From Pseudobutyrivibrio sp. (GTDB lineage Bacteria; Bacillota; Clostridia; Lachnospirales; Lachnospiraceae), in the NCBI RefSeq assembly GCF_017557435.1, contig NZ_JAFYYR010000021.1: a stretch of 64,000 nt of DNA; one strand, written 5' to 3'. Made by a program: the position numbers and the translations under genes. The notes beneath the pieces are model-generated. The model was given only the letters and a program-made list of their open reading frames with translations. It was not told where the DNA came from and searched no databases. How positions within the stretch are numbered: position 1 is the stretch's first letter; the number at the start of each line of letters is the position of its first letter. Positions 30,494-37,780 of this stretch are shown here, piece after piece.

Positions 30494-30526
30494 GGGAGTC
30501 AAACAGAACCGTCCCCATTGACTCCC
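30494..30526 (-). other. 9-bp perfect hairpin GGGAGTCAA-N15-TTGACTCCC with loop ACAGAACCGTCCCCA
   Basis: Sits between the rpsI terminator and the MATE promoter region. The loop carries the CCGTCCCC core also seen at 25276-25286. Confidence 0.6.
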
Positions 30527-30534
30527 CCGGCATG

Positions 30535-30567
30535 CAAAAAAGACCCGGTACAAATGTACCGAGTCTT
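30535..30567 (-). terminator. Terminator of rplM-rpsI
   Basis: GACTCGGTAC-ATTT-GTACCGGGTC stem followed by T6 on the minus strand. Confidence 0.8.
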
Positions 30568-30590
30568 CTGTAATCTGCAATAGCAGATGA

Positions 30591-30989
30591 TTATCTCTTT
30601 GAGAACTGAGGTGCGCGACGTGCAGCCTTTAAGCCGTACTTCTTACGCTCTTTCATACGTGGATCTCTTGTGAGGAATCCAGCAGCCTTAAGTGTAGGTC
30701 TGTACTCAGCATCTACCTCAAGGAGTGCACGTGAAATACCGTGTCTGATAGCACCAGCCTGGCCAGTGTATCCGCCACCCTTTACGTTAACGATAACGTC
30801 AAACTTCTCTACAGTGCCTGTAGCTACAAGTGGCTGACGAACAACTACCTTTAATGTCTCAAGACCAAGGTACTCGTCAATATCTCTCTTATTTATTGTG
30901 ATCTTACCTGTGCCAGGTACAAGATATACTCTAGCAACTGAAGATTTTCTTCTACCAGTTCCGTAATACTTTGTTGTATTCTTAGCCAT
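30591..30989 (-). CDS. rpsI: 30S ribosomal protein S9
   Basis: 132 aa. [14 protein letters not shown]...[19 protein letters not shown]...RRAPQFSKR. Confidence 0.97.
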   Translation of the reverse strand: MAKNTTKYYGTGRRKSSVARVYLVPGTGKITINKRDIDEYLGLETLKVVVRQPLVATGTVEKFDVIVNVKGGGYTGQAGAIRHGISRALLEVDAEYRPTLKAAGFLTRDPRMKERKKYGLKAARRAPQFSKR

Positions 30990-31002
30990 GATCTACCTCC
31001 TA

Positions 31003-31431
31003 TTAAAATGTAAGCACTTCTGGCTTCTGTGCCTGCTGCTTATGATCTGGTCCAGCGTAAACGAAAAGCTTTGTGTACATCTGACGACCAAGTGGTCCCT
31101 TTGGAAGCATGCCCTTAACAGCGTGCTCGATTACTCTATCAGGGTGTGTGTTGAGCATCTCACGAAGAGTTGTCTCCTTCATACCACCAACATAGTCTGA
31201 GTGATGATAGTAGATCTTCTGATCAAGCTTCTTACCTGTAACCTTAATCTTCTCTGCATTAACTACGATAACATAGTCACCACAATCAGCGTGTGGAGTG
31301 AAGACTGGCTTATTCTTACCTCTTAAAACCTTTGCAACTTCTGCTGAAAGACGACCAAGTGTCTGGCCCTCAGCGTCAACTACATACCATTTTCTCTCAA
31401 TCTGAGATGGGTTTGGCATATAAGTATTCAT
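31003..31431 (-). CDS. rplM: 50S ribosomal protein L13
   Basis: 142 aa from ATG 31431 (AAGGAGG SD). [29 protein letters not shown]. The track ORF is extended to a TTG at 31491. Confidence 0.97.
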   Translation of the reverse strand: MNTYMPNPSQIERKWYVVDAEGQTLGRLSAEVAKVLRGKNKPVFTPHADCGDYVIVVNAEKIKVTGKKLDQKIYYHHSDYVGGMKETTLREMLNTHPDRVIEHAVKGMLPKGPLGRQMYTKLFVYAGPDHKQQAQKPEVLTF

Positions 31432-31432
31432 T

Positions 31433-31558
31433 GAGAATTCCTCCTTAAATAAATCTAAAGCTCCAAGCCGGTGATGTCCGGGCACCTGCAAGGATAATTA
31501 TAGTAAAACTCGCTTCCGGGCTAATGGACGCAAGTTACCTTACTACATCAACCGTTAC
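31433..31558 (-). promoter_or_regulatory. Structured 5' leader of rplM-rpsI (candidate L13 ribosomal-protein leader)
   Basis: ~125-nt GC-enriched leader between the promoter and the SD (GCGTCCATTAGCCCGGAAGCGAG...GCAGGTGCCCGGACATCACCGGCTTGGAGC). An L13 autoregulatory leader is known in Firmicutes. The fold was not verified here. Confidence 0.45.
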
Positions 31559-31587
31559 ATTTTACAATAGGAATTAGCTTTCGTCAA
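31559..31587 (-). promoter_or_regulatory. rplM promoter
   Basis: TTGACG (31582-31587), N17, TAAAAT with upstream TG (31559-31566). Confidence 0.7.
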
Positions 31588-31594
31588 CAAAAAA

Positions 31595-31626
31595 ATAAAT
31601 AAAAAAGGGGTGCCGAAAGCACCCCC
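31595..31626 (-). terminator. Terminator of the trehalose operon
   Basis: GGGGTGC-TTTCG-GCACCCC followed by a long T-run on the minus strand. Confidence 0.85.
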
Positions 31627-31632
31627 ATTATA

Positions 31633-33270
31633 CTAGAAATTTTTAAACACCGCAAACTCGTATGGTCTAAGTTTTATCTGTCCATTAGATGTATCTACTG
31701 TACTATCGTAATTGCCTATAAGTACATCATAGCCATCACTTGACCAGCTATAAGCAACATCTTTTTCTGATAGATTTCCAACCACCCGAAGTCTTTTATC
31801 CCCTAGCCTTCTCTCATAGCTAATTATCTCATCTGGGCTCTCATCAAATGCGATTTCTCCATCTGAGATAATCTTATACTGCTTTCTAAGAGAAATAAGT
31901 CTTTTATAAAAGGCAAATATCGAGGACTCATCATTAATCTGAGACTCTGCTGTAATGCGCTTGCCGTACTCTGGCACTTCAATCCAAGGAGTGCCTGTTG
32001 TAAATCCATCATTTGCAGAGGAATCCCACTGCATTGGAGTCCGGCAGTTATCTCTAGAGCGCTCATTGATTATTGAAAGCGCCTCATCAGAAGTCTTTCC
32101 TTCCTCCTGCAGAATCTTGAAATAGTTAAGGCTTTCCACATCACGATACTGGCTAATATCAGTAAAGTGAGTGTTAAGCATTCCAATCTCCTCGCCCTGG
32201 TAAATATAAGGAGTACCTCTCATAAAGTGGATAATTCCTGCAAAAAGCTTGCCTGATTCCTTCCAGTATTTCTCCTCATTACCAAATCTAGAAATAGTTC
32301 TAGGCTGGTCGTGATTAGTCCAAAAGACTGCGTTCCATCCGCCATTTTTTGACATCTGCTCCTGCCAATCCTTAAAAAGCTTCTTAAGAGCAGATTTGTC
32401 ATAAGGCATAAGCTCCCACTTGTTTCCATTTTTGTAATCCACCTTGAGATGATGGAAACTAAATACCATTGAAAGCTCTTTTTCAGATGGATTTGAGTAC
32501 TTGATACAATTATCTATTGTGGTAGATGACATTTCCCCTACTGTAATCATGTCAGCTATACCTGTGTCTGCCACAAGCTCTTTTAAAAACTCATGAACTC
32601 TTGGCCCGTCTGTATAGAATCTTCTACCATCACCCTCATAATCATTCTCCAGTTTATCAGGCTTTGAAATTAAATTGATTACATCAAATCTAAATCCACT
32701 AACGCCTTTTGCCTTCCAAAATCTTATGATATCCTTTAGCTCATCTCTAACCTCTGGATTGTCCCAGTTTAAGTCTGCCTGAGTCACGTCGAATAAATGC
32801 AAATACCATTTTTTCAGGCTATCCACATACTCCCAGGCATTGCCTCCAAACTTTGACACCCAGTTTGTAGGTGGACAATCTGGCTGTCCGTCTACAAACT
32901 TGTAGTAATTAATGTATTTCTCATCACCGGAAATAGCCTTTTTGAACCACTGATGCTCTGTGGAAGTGTGATTAAAGACCATATCAAGCATTATGCCTAT
33001 GCCCCGTTTCTTAGCCTCACTTGATAACTCTTCAAAATCTTCCATAGTGCCAAATCGTGGATCAATCTGGCGATAATCAGCGATATCATAGCCATTATCC
33101 CTCTGAGGGGAAATGAAAAATGGTGTAATCCAAAGGAAATCAACCCCTAAGTCTTTTAAATAGTCAAGCTTAGCTGTGATACCCTTCAGATCGCCGAAAC
33201 CATCTCCATTGGTGTCATAAAATGATCTAGGATATATTTGATAAACAACTTTATCTTTGAAATCTAACAT
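31633..33270 (-). CDS. treA: Trehalose-6-phosphate hydrolase (GH13 alpha,alpha-phosphotrehalase)
   Basis: 545 aa. VVYQIYPRSF, GFRFDVINLI, GDGRRFYTDGPRVHEFL, FHHLKVDY, YRDVESLNYF. Closely parallels E. coli TreC as remembered. Follows the trehalose PTS gene. Confidence 0.85.
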   Translation of the reverse strand: MLDFKDKVVYQIYPRSFYDTNGDGFGDLKGITAKLDYLKDLGVDFLWITPFFISPQRDNGYDIADYRQIDPRFGTMEDFEELSSEAKKRGIGIMLDMVFNHTSTEHQWFKKAISGDEKYINYYKFVDGQPDCPPTNWVSKFGGNAWEYVDSLKKWYLHLFDVTQADLNWDNPEVRDELKDIIRFWKAKGVSGFRFDVINLISKPDKLENDYEGDGRRFYTDGPRVHEFLKELVADTGIADMITVGEMSSTTIDNCIKYSNPSEKELSMVFSFHHLKVDYKNGNKWELMPYDKSALKKLFKDWQEQMSKNGGWNAVFWTNHDQPRTISRFGNEEKYWKESGKLFAGIIHFMRGTPYIYQGEEIGMLNTHFTDISQYRDVESLNYFKILQEEGKTSDEALSIINERSRDNCRTPMQWDSSANDGFTTGTPWIEVPEYGKRITAESQINDESSIFAFYKRLISLRKQYKIISDGEIAFDESPDEIISYERRLGDKRLRVVGNLSEKDVAYSWSSDGYDVLIGNYDSTVDTSNGQIKLRPYEFAVFKNF

Positions 33271-33279
33271 TTAACTGCC

Positions 33280-35115
33280 TTACATTACAACGCAGACTAC
33301 TGTATCAGACTTGCCTGCTGCTGCAATCTCCTTTTTACTAAATTTAAGAAGTGGCTGGCCAGCCTTTACTGCCTGATTCTTCTCTACCAAATATTCAAAA
33401 CCAGCGCCGTTCATCTGAACTGTATCGATACCAACATGTATCAATACCTCTCCCCCCTTATCAAGCTTCAATCCAATAGCATGTCTGCTGTCATCCATTG
33501 TAACTGCAATAACGCCATCAGCTGGAGCATGAACTACTTCTTCATCTGGAATAATAGCAATTCCATCACCCATAAGCTTCTTAGAGAATACCTCATCCTC
33601 AACCTGCTCAAGTGGAATAACCTTTCCAGCTACAACAGTAGTTAAATCAACATCAGCAACCTTGATTATTTCCTCAGTTTCCTCATCCTCATTCTCACCG
33701 TAAATGTCTTCTGTTGTAAGTCTCTTCTTTCCAACAACAACTGTAAGTGCAAATGGAACGATAATAGCAACAAGCATGCAGATTGCAAATATAAGCATAT
33801 ATCTTGTCTGAATTGAAAGAATTCCAGGGATACCACCTACACCAATTGAATTAGCCATAACACCGCTACCTACAGAAATAATAGCTGCGATACATGAACC
33901 AATCATAGCGCTGAAGAATGGGAAACCATATTTTAAGTTAACACCGAACATAGCAGGCTCTGTTACACCAAGGTAACATGAGATACATGCTGGAATGGAA
34001 ACTTCCTGAGTCTTTGTATTTTTCTTCTGAAGGAAAATCATACCTAAAACTGCAGAACCCTGAGCAATGTTTGAAAGTGCAATCATTGGCCAAAGTATTG
34101 TGCCACCGAAATCAGCAACAAGCTGTGTATCGATAGCGTTTGTCATATGGTGAAGACCAGTGATAACAAGTGGTGCATAGAACATACCGAATACACCTGC
34201 AAACAACCAGTTAACTGAGCTTGTAAGACCAGCGTGAACACCTGCTGAAATCCATGAACCAATCTTCCAACCGATAGGTCCTAAGATAAAGTGTGATGCC
34301 ATAACCGCAAGTACAAGTGCAAAAAATGGCACAACAATCATTGAAATAACCTTTGGACAAATCTTTGTAAAGAATTTCTCAAGGAACACAAGGCAGAAAC
34401 CTGCAAGAATTGCTGGAATTACCTGAGCCTGATAACCAATCATATTTACCTGAGCAAAACCAAAATCCCATTTTGGAATAGCATCAGCTGCTGCACCTGC
34501 AACTCCATAAGCGTTAAGGAGCTGACCAGATACAAGTGTACAACCAAGTACAATACCAAGAATCTGAGTTGTTCCCATCTTCTTTGTAATAGACCAGCAG
34601 ATACCAACAGGTAACATATGGAAAATAGCCTCACCTATAAGCCATAAGAAGCTGTGAACACCTGCCCAGAACTGTGATTGAGAAACGATGGTACCATTAC
34701 CAAAGTCGATTTCACCAATTACATTTCTAAAACCTAAAATCAAACCACCGACTACAAGAGCTGGAATGATAGGTGCAAATATTTCTGCGATTGAAGACAT
34801 AATCTGCTGAAGTAGATTCTGATTCTTCTTCGCTGCTTTTTTAACCTGGTCCTTAGAAACTCCCTCAACACCTGCTACTGCAACAAAGTCGTTGTAGAAT
34901 TCCTGAACCTCCTGACCAATAATAACCTGGAACTGTCCAGCCTGAGTAAATGTACCTTTCACACCCTTGATTTTCTCAATCCCCTTAATATCAGCCTTTG
35001 CAGGGTCATTGAGAGCAAATCTCATTCTCGTAACACAGTGTGAAACTGCTGCAATGTTACTCTTTCCGCCAATCAAATCGAGTAATTGCTTACTTTCCTC
35101 TGTAAATTTTCCCAT
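33280..35115 (-). CDS. treP: PTS trehalose-specific transporter, fused EIIB-EIIC-EIIA
   Basis: 611 aa. EIIB SHCVTRMRF. EIIC blocks GGLILGFRNVIG, FLWLIGEAIF..LPVGICWS, GYQAQVIPA, WPMIALSNIAQGSAV and GVMANSIGVGGIPGILSIQ match E. coli TreB from memory. C-terminal EIIA (HAIGL...IHVGIDTV). Confidence 0.88.
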   Translation of the reverse strand: MGKFTEESKQLLDLIGGKSNIAAVSHCVTRMRFALNDPAKADIKGIEKIKGVKGTFTQAGQFQVIIGQEVQEFYNDFVAVAGVEGVSKDQVKKAAKKNQNLLQQIMSSIAEIFAPIIPALVVGGLILGFRNVIGEIDFGNGTIVSQSQFWAGVHSFLWLIGEAIFHMLPVGICWSITKKMGTTQILGIVLGCTLVSGQLLNAYGVAGAAADAIPKWDFGFAQVNMIGYQAQVIPAILAGFCLVFLEKFFTKICPKVISMIVVPFFALVLAVMASHFILGPIGWKIGSWISAGVHAGLTSSVNWLFAGVFGMFYAPLVITGLHHMTNAIDTQLVADFGGTILWPMIALSNIAQGSAVLGMIFLQKKNTKTQEVSIPACISCYLGVTEPAMFGVNLKYGFPFFSAMIGSCIAAIISVGSGVMANSIGVGGIPGILSIQTRYMLIFAICMLVAIIVPFALTVVVGKKRLTTEDIYGENEDEETEEIIKVADVDLTTVVAGKVIPLEQVEDEVFSKKLMGDGIAIIPDEEVVHAPADGVIAVTMDDSRHAIGLKLDKGGEVLIHVGIDTVQMNGAGFEYLVEKNQAVKAGQPLLKFSKKEIAAAGKSDTVVCVVM

Positions 35116-35153
35116 GACAATCTCCTTTTTCTATAAATCTCCACACGGTCTCA

Positions 35154-35208
35154 CCTGTTTAAACAGGTATTATAATTATTTTATATCACAGCTGTTTAAA
35201 CAGGTCAA
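35154..35208 (-). promoter_or_regulatory. treP promoter with two TreR (HutC-type) operators
   Basis: Palindromes CCTGTTTAAACAGG (35154-35167) and CTGTTTAAACAG (35192-35203), each containing GT-t-TA-a-AC. TTGACC (35203-35208), N17, TATAAA (35180-35185) on the minus strand. Confidence 0.7.
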
Positions 35209-35251
35209 TACATTTCACAAAATTTTTAACTTATATCATATTCCCCAATAA

Positions 35252-35280
35252 CAAAAAAGTACCTAGCAATGCTAGATACT
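35252..35280 (-). terminator. Terminator of treR
   Basis: AGTATCTAGCA-T-TGCTAGGTACT stem followed by T6. Confidence 0.7.
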
Positions 35281-35289
35281 TTTATAATT

Positions 35290-36024
35290 CTATTTATTTG
35301 TAGAGCTGCTGCGGACAGCTGTGTCCATAAAGCAGAAGTACTCAGGAACATGGCGTGACTGGGTATATTCAAACATAATACCCATGCCGTTAAATGTCTG
35401 GCTGGTAACAACCGCAAGACAATTGTAGTCTCCAAGGCTTAAATACTTGGAATCCACCTCAGTGACTCTCTCAACTGTCATCTTTCGCTTACTCATGCCT
35501 ATTTCCATCTTAAGCTCATTTTCAATGTAGTCATAGATTGACTTCTCTGCTATCTCCCTGGTAATACCTGTGACAATGGACTTGTCAAACATATTAATAT
35601 CCATGATGCAAGGCTTACCATCAAGCTTTCTAAGTCTCTGGATATAGTAGAGCTCTGTACCCTCAGCAAATCCAGTTCTTTTAGCAACTCTAGCGTCTGC
35701 TACTATCTCAGCAAACATCACTACCTCAGTGTTGCTATTTAGCTTATTTCTAGCAGCAGTCTCCTTAAAGGTCTCAATACCACCGATGATAAAGCTTGCC
35801 TTGTCATAAGGCTGGTAGATAACTCGAACACCCACTCCATTAATAGCCTGAACATAGCCTATCTCTGCAAGCTGAGCCAGAGCACGTCTTACCGTATTTC
35901 TGGAGCAGTCATACACTCCAACCAAAGTACTCTCCGATGGCAAAATACTCTGGTACTCATATTCCTCATCTTCTATCTTCAGTTTTAAATCTCTATAAAT
36001 CGATTCATATTTCGCTTTTGCCAT
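35290..36024 (-). CDS. treR: GntR/HutC-family repressor of the trehalose operon
   Basis: MAKAKYESIYRDLKLKIEDEEY..LPSESTLVGVYDCSRNTVRRALAQL wHTH plus a UTRA domain. ATG 36024 (track GTG at 36036). Own terminator, then operators of GT.TA.AC type upstream of treP. Confidence 0.85.
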   Translation of the reverse strand: MAKAKYESIYRDLKLKIEDEEYEYQSILPSESTLVGVYDCSRNTVRRALAQLAEIGYVQAINGVGVRVIYQPYDKASFIIGGIETFKETAARNKLNSNTEVVMFAEIVADARVAKRTGFAEGTELYYIQRLRKLDGKPCIMDINMFDKSIVTGITREIAEKSIYDYIENELKMEIGMSKRKMTVERVTEVDSKYLSLGDYNCLAVVTSQTFNGMGIMFEYTQSRHVPEYFCFMDTAVRSSSTNK

Positions 36025-36042
36025 ATTCAATACCACATTACG

Positions 36043-36124
36043 CCTGTTACATTCACAATCCTGAGAGTCTCTTTCGATGACTACATGTCAGTCTCCAGAG
36101 ACCTCAGAGATTGTTATCTACAGG
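36043..36124 (-). repeat. Hairpin repeat, copy 1 (18 nt upstream of treR ATG)
   Basis: ~80% identical by eye to 40060-40143. Long imperfect stem with apex TGACTACATGTCA. Confidence 0.85.
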
Positions 36125-36154
36125 CTATACATTACTAATACTTGATATCAATCC

Positions 36155-36240
36155 GCCAGTTACGCTCTCAAGCCTATGATATTGCTCCGCTTGACTAACA
36201 CGTCGCGCTACGCAACACATAGAGCTTGATAGCTACTGGC
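36155..36240 (-). repeat. Hairpin repeat, copy 2 (divergent subfamily, starts 3 nt after truA stop)
   Basis: Same ends (GCCAGTTACGC...CTACTGGC) and same architecture. Stem CAAGC-CTATG / CATAG-A-GCTTG. Apex TGACTAACACGTC. Confidence 0.75.
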
Positions 36241-36243
36241 TAT

Positions 36244-36978
36244 TTACTCATATTCGATACCTATCATTGTTAGACCATGAGCCGGTGCAGTAGGACCAGC
36301 TAATTCACGGTTGCGGCCGCGGAAGATCTCAAGCATGTACATTGGGTCCATTTCGCCAGCGCCCACCTTAATGAGGGTACCTGCAATAATACGAACCATG
36401 TTATAAAGGAAACCATCACCTGTAAGACGAATGTGAATCACATCGTCTTCCTTGTACACCCTTGCAGTATAAATAGTGCGTACTCGAGATTTAACCTGTG
36501 CTTTTACAGAAGAAAAAGAAGTAAAATCGTGCTGACCTATCAGGTAGGCAGCTGCCTCATTCATTTTTTCTACATCCAAATCGTAGTAATAATGGAATGT
36601 ATCCTTACGTTTTGTAGGATCTGGCATTTTACGATTTAAAATTTTATACTCATATGTCTTTCGACATGGAGCATACCTAGGGTGGAAATCGTCATCTACC
36701 TGACAAGAATATTGTACCACAATATCGTCAGGCAATCTCTGATTGAGAGCAAAGCTGATTTTATCAGCAGGCATTCTTGAATTAGTGTCAAAGACTGCCA
36801 CATTGCCAAGGGAATGAACTCCTGCATCTGTACGACTTGCTCCCATTATAGAAATAGGCTCTTGCAATAAATCTGTAAGGGCCTCATTAAGCTTCTGTTC
36901 TATTGTCACTCCATTAGGCTGGATTTGCCAGCCGCTATATCCACTGCCATCATAGGCAACTACTATCATAACTCGCAT
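36244..36978 (-). CDS. truA: tRNA pseudouridine(38-40) synthase
   Basis: 244 aa. VAYDGSGYSGWQIQ and catalytic GASRTDAGVHS. Confidence 0.95.
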   Translation of the reverse strand: MRVMIVVAYDGSGYSGWQIQPNGVTIEQKLNEALTDLLQEPISIMGASRTDAGVHSLGNVAVFDTNSRMPADKISFALNQRLPDDIVVQYSCQVDDDFHPRYAPCRKTYEYKILNRKMPDPTKRKDTFHYYYDLDVEKMNEAAAYLIGQHDFTSFSSVKAQVKSRVRTIYTARVYKEDDVIHIRLTGDGFLYNMVRIIAGTLIKVGAGEMDPMYMLEIFRGRNRELAGPTAPAHGLTMIGIEYE

Positions 36979-36979
36979 C

Positions 36980-37780
36980 TTATAAAATTCCTTTTACAAC
37001 GAAAAATCCAATTATGTAAGCCCCAATGCAAATGTAAGCTCTCTGGTCAAGGGAGCTGTACTGAAGTGGCTTCATCTTGGTTCTGCCCTCACCACCATTA
37101 TAGCATCTTGCCTCCATGGCGTAAGACAAATCATTGGCACGTCTAAATGCTGAAACAAAAAGTGGCACTAAAAGTGGCACCATATTCTTAGCCTTTTTGA
37201 TAAGTCCACCTGTCTCAAAATCAGCACCTCTAGCCATCTGCGCCTTCATGATTTTATCTGTCTCCTCAATGAGAATTGGGATAAATCTAAGGGCAATTGA
37301 CATCATCATAGAAATCTCATGAACAGGAACTCCTATCCTCTTAAGAAATCCAAGAGACTTCTCCAAACCATCTGTAAGCTGATTAGGTGTAGTTGTGAGA
37401 GTCAAAATAGATGTACCAATGATAAGAAGAATCATTCTGCTTGTCATCAAAACAGCATTCTTAAGACCCACATCAGAAATAGAAAAAATCCAAAATGATA
37501 CAAGTGTCTTTCCAGGTGTCAAAAATAAATTAAAAAGACCTGCGATAATTAAGAGCATAACAATGGACCTAAGGCCCTTAACCATAAATGAAAAAGGCAC
37601 ATGGCTCATACGGATAATTCCAAATAAAGTCACAAGAACAATTGCAAATAACACCACATTGTTAGCAGCAAACAGCGTAATTATAAAAACAAGCGTAGAA
37701 AACAGCTTCACTCTAGGATCAAGTGAGTGAAGAACTGAATCCGCTGGATAATATTGTCCTAATGTTATTTCACGCAACAT
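36980..37780 (-). CDS. ecfT: Energy-coupling-factor transporter transmembrane component
   Basis: 266 aa polytopic. C-terminal coupling helices (IMKAQMARGADFE ... FRRANDLSYAMEARCY). Position between ecfA and truA. Confidence 0.92.
   Translation of the reverse strand: MLREITLGQYYPADSVLHSLDPRVKLFSTLVFIITLFAANNVVLFAIVLVTLFGIIRMSHVPFSFMVKGLRSIVMLLIIAGLFNLFLTPGKTLVSFWIFSISDVGLKNAVLMTSRMILLIIGTSILTLTTTPNQLTDGLEKSLGFLKRIGVPVHEISMMMSIALRFIPILIEETDKIMKAQMARGADFETGGLIKKAKNMVPLLVPLFVSAFRRANDLSYAMEARCYNGGEGRTKMKPLQYSSLDQRAYICIGAYIIGFFVVKGIL

Noticed and set aside
26060-30530. Horizontally acquired island bounded by CCGTCCCC motifs (25276 and 30510)
   Set aside because: By eye there is no clear GC or codon-usage break relative to neighbouring genes. 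The two flanking motifs share only ~10 nt. It would need a k-mer or codon-bias computation that I cannot run.
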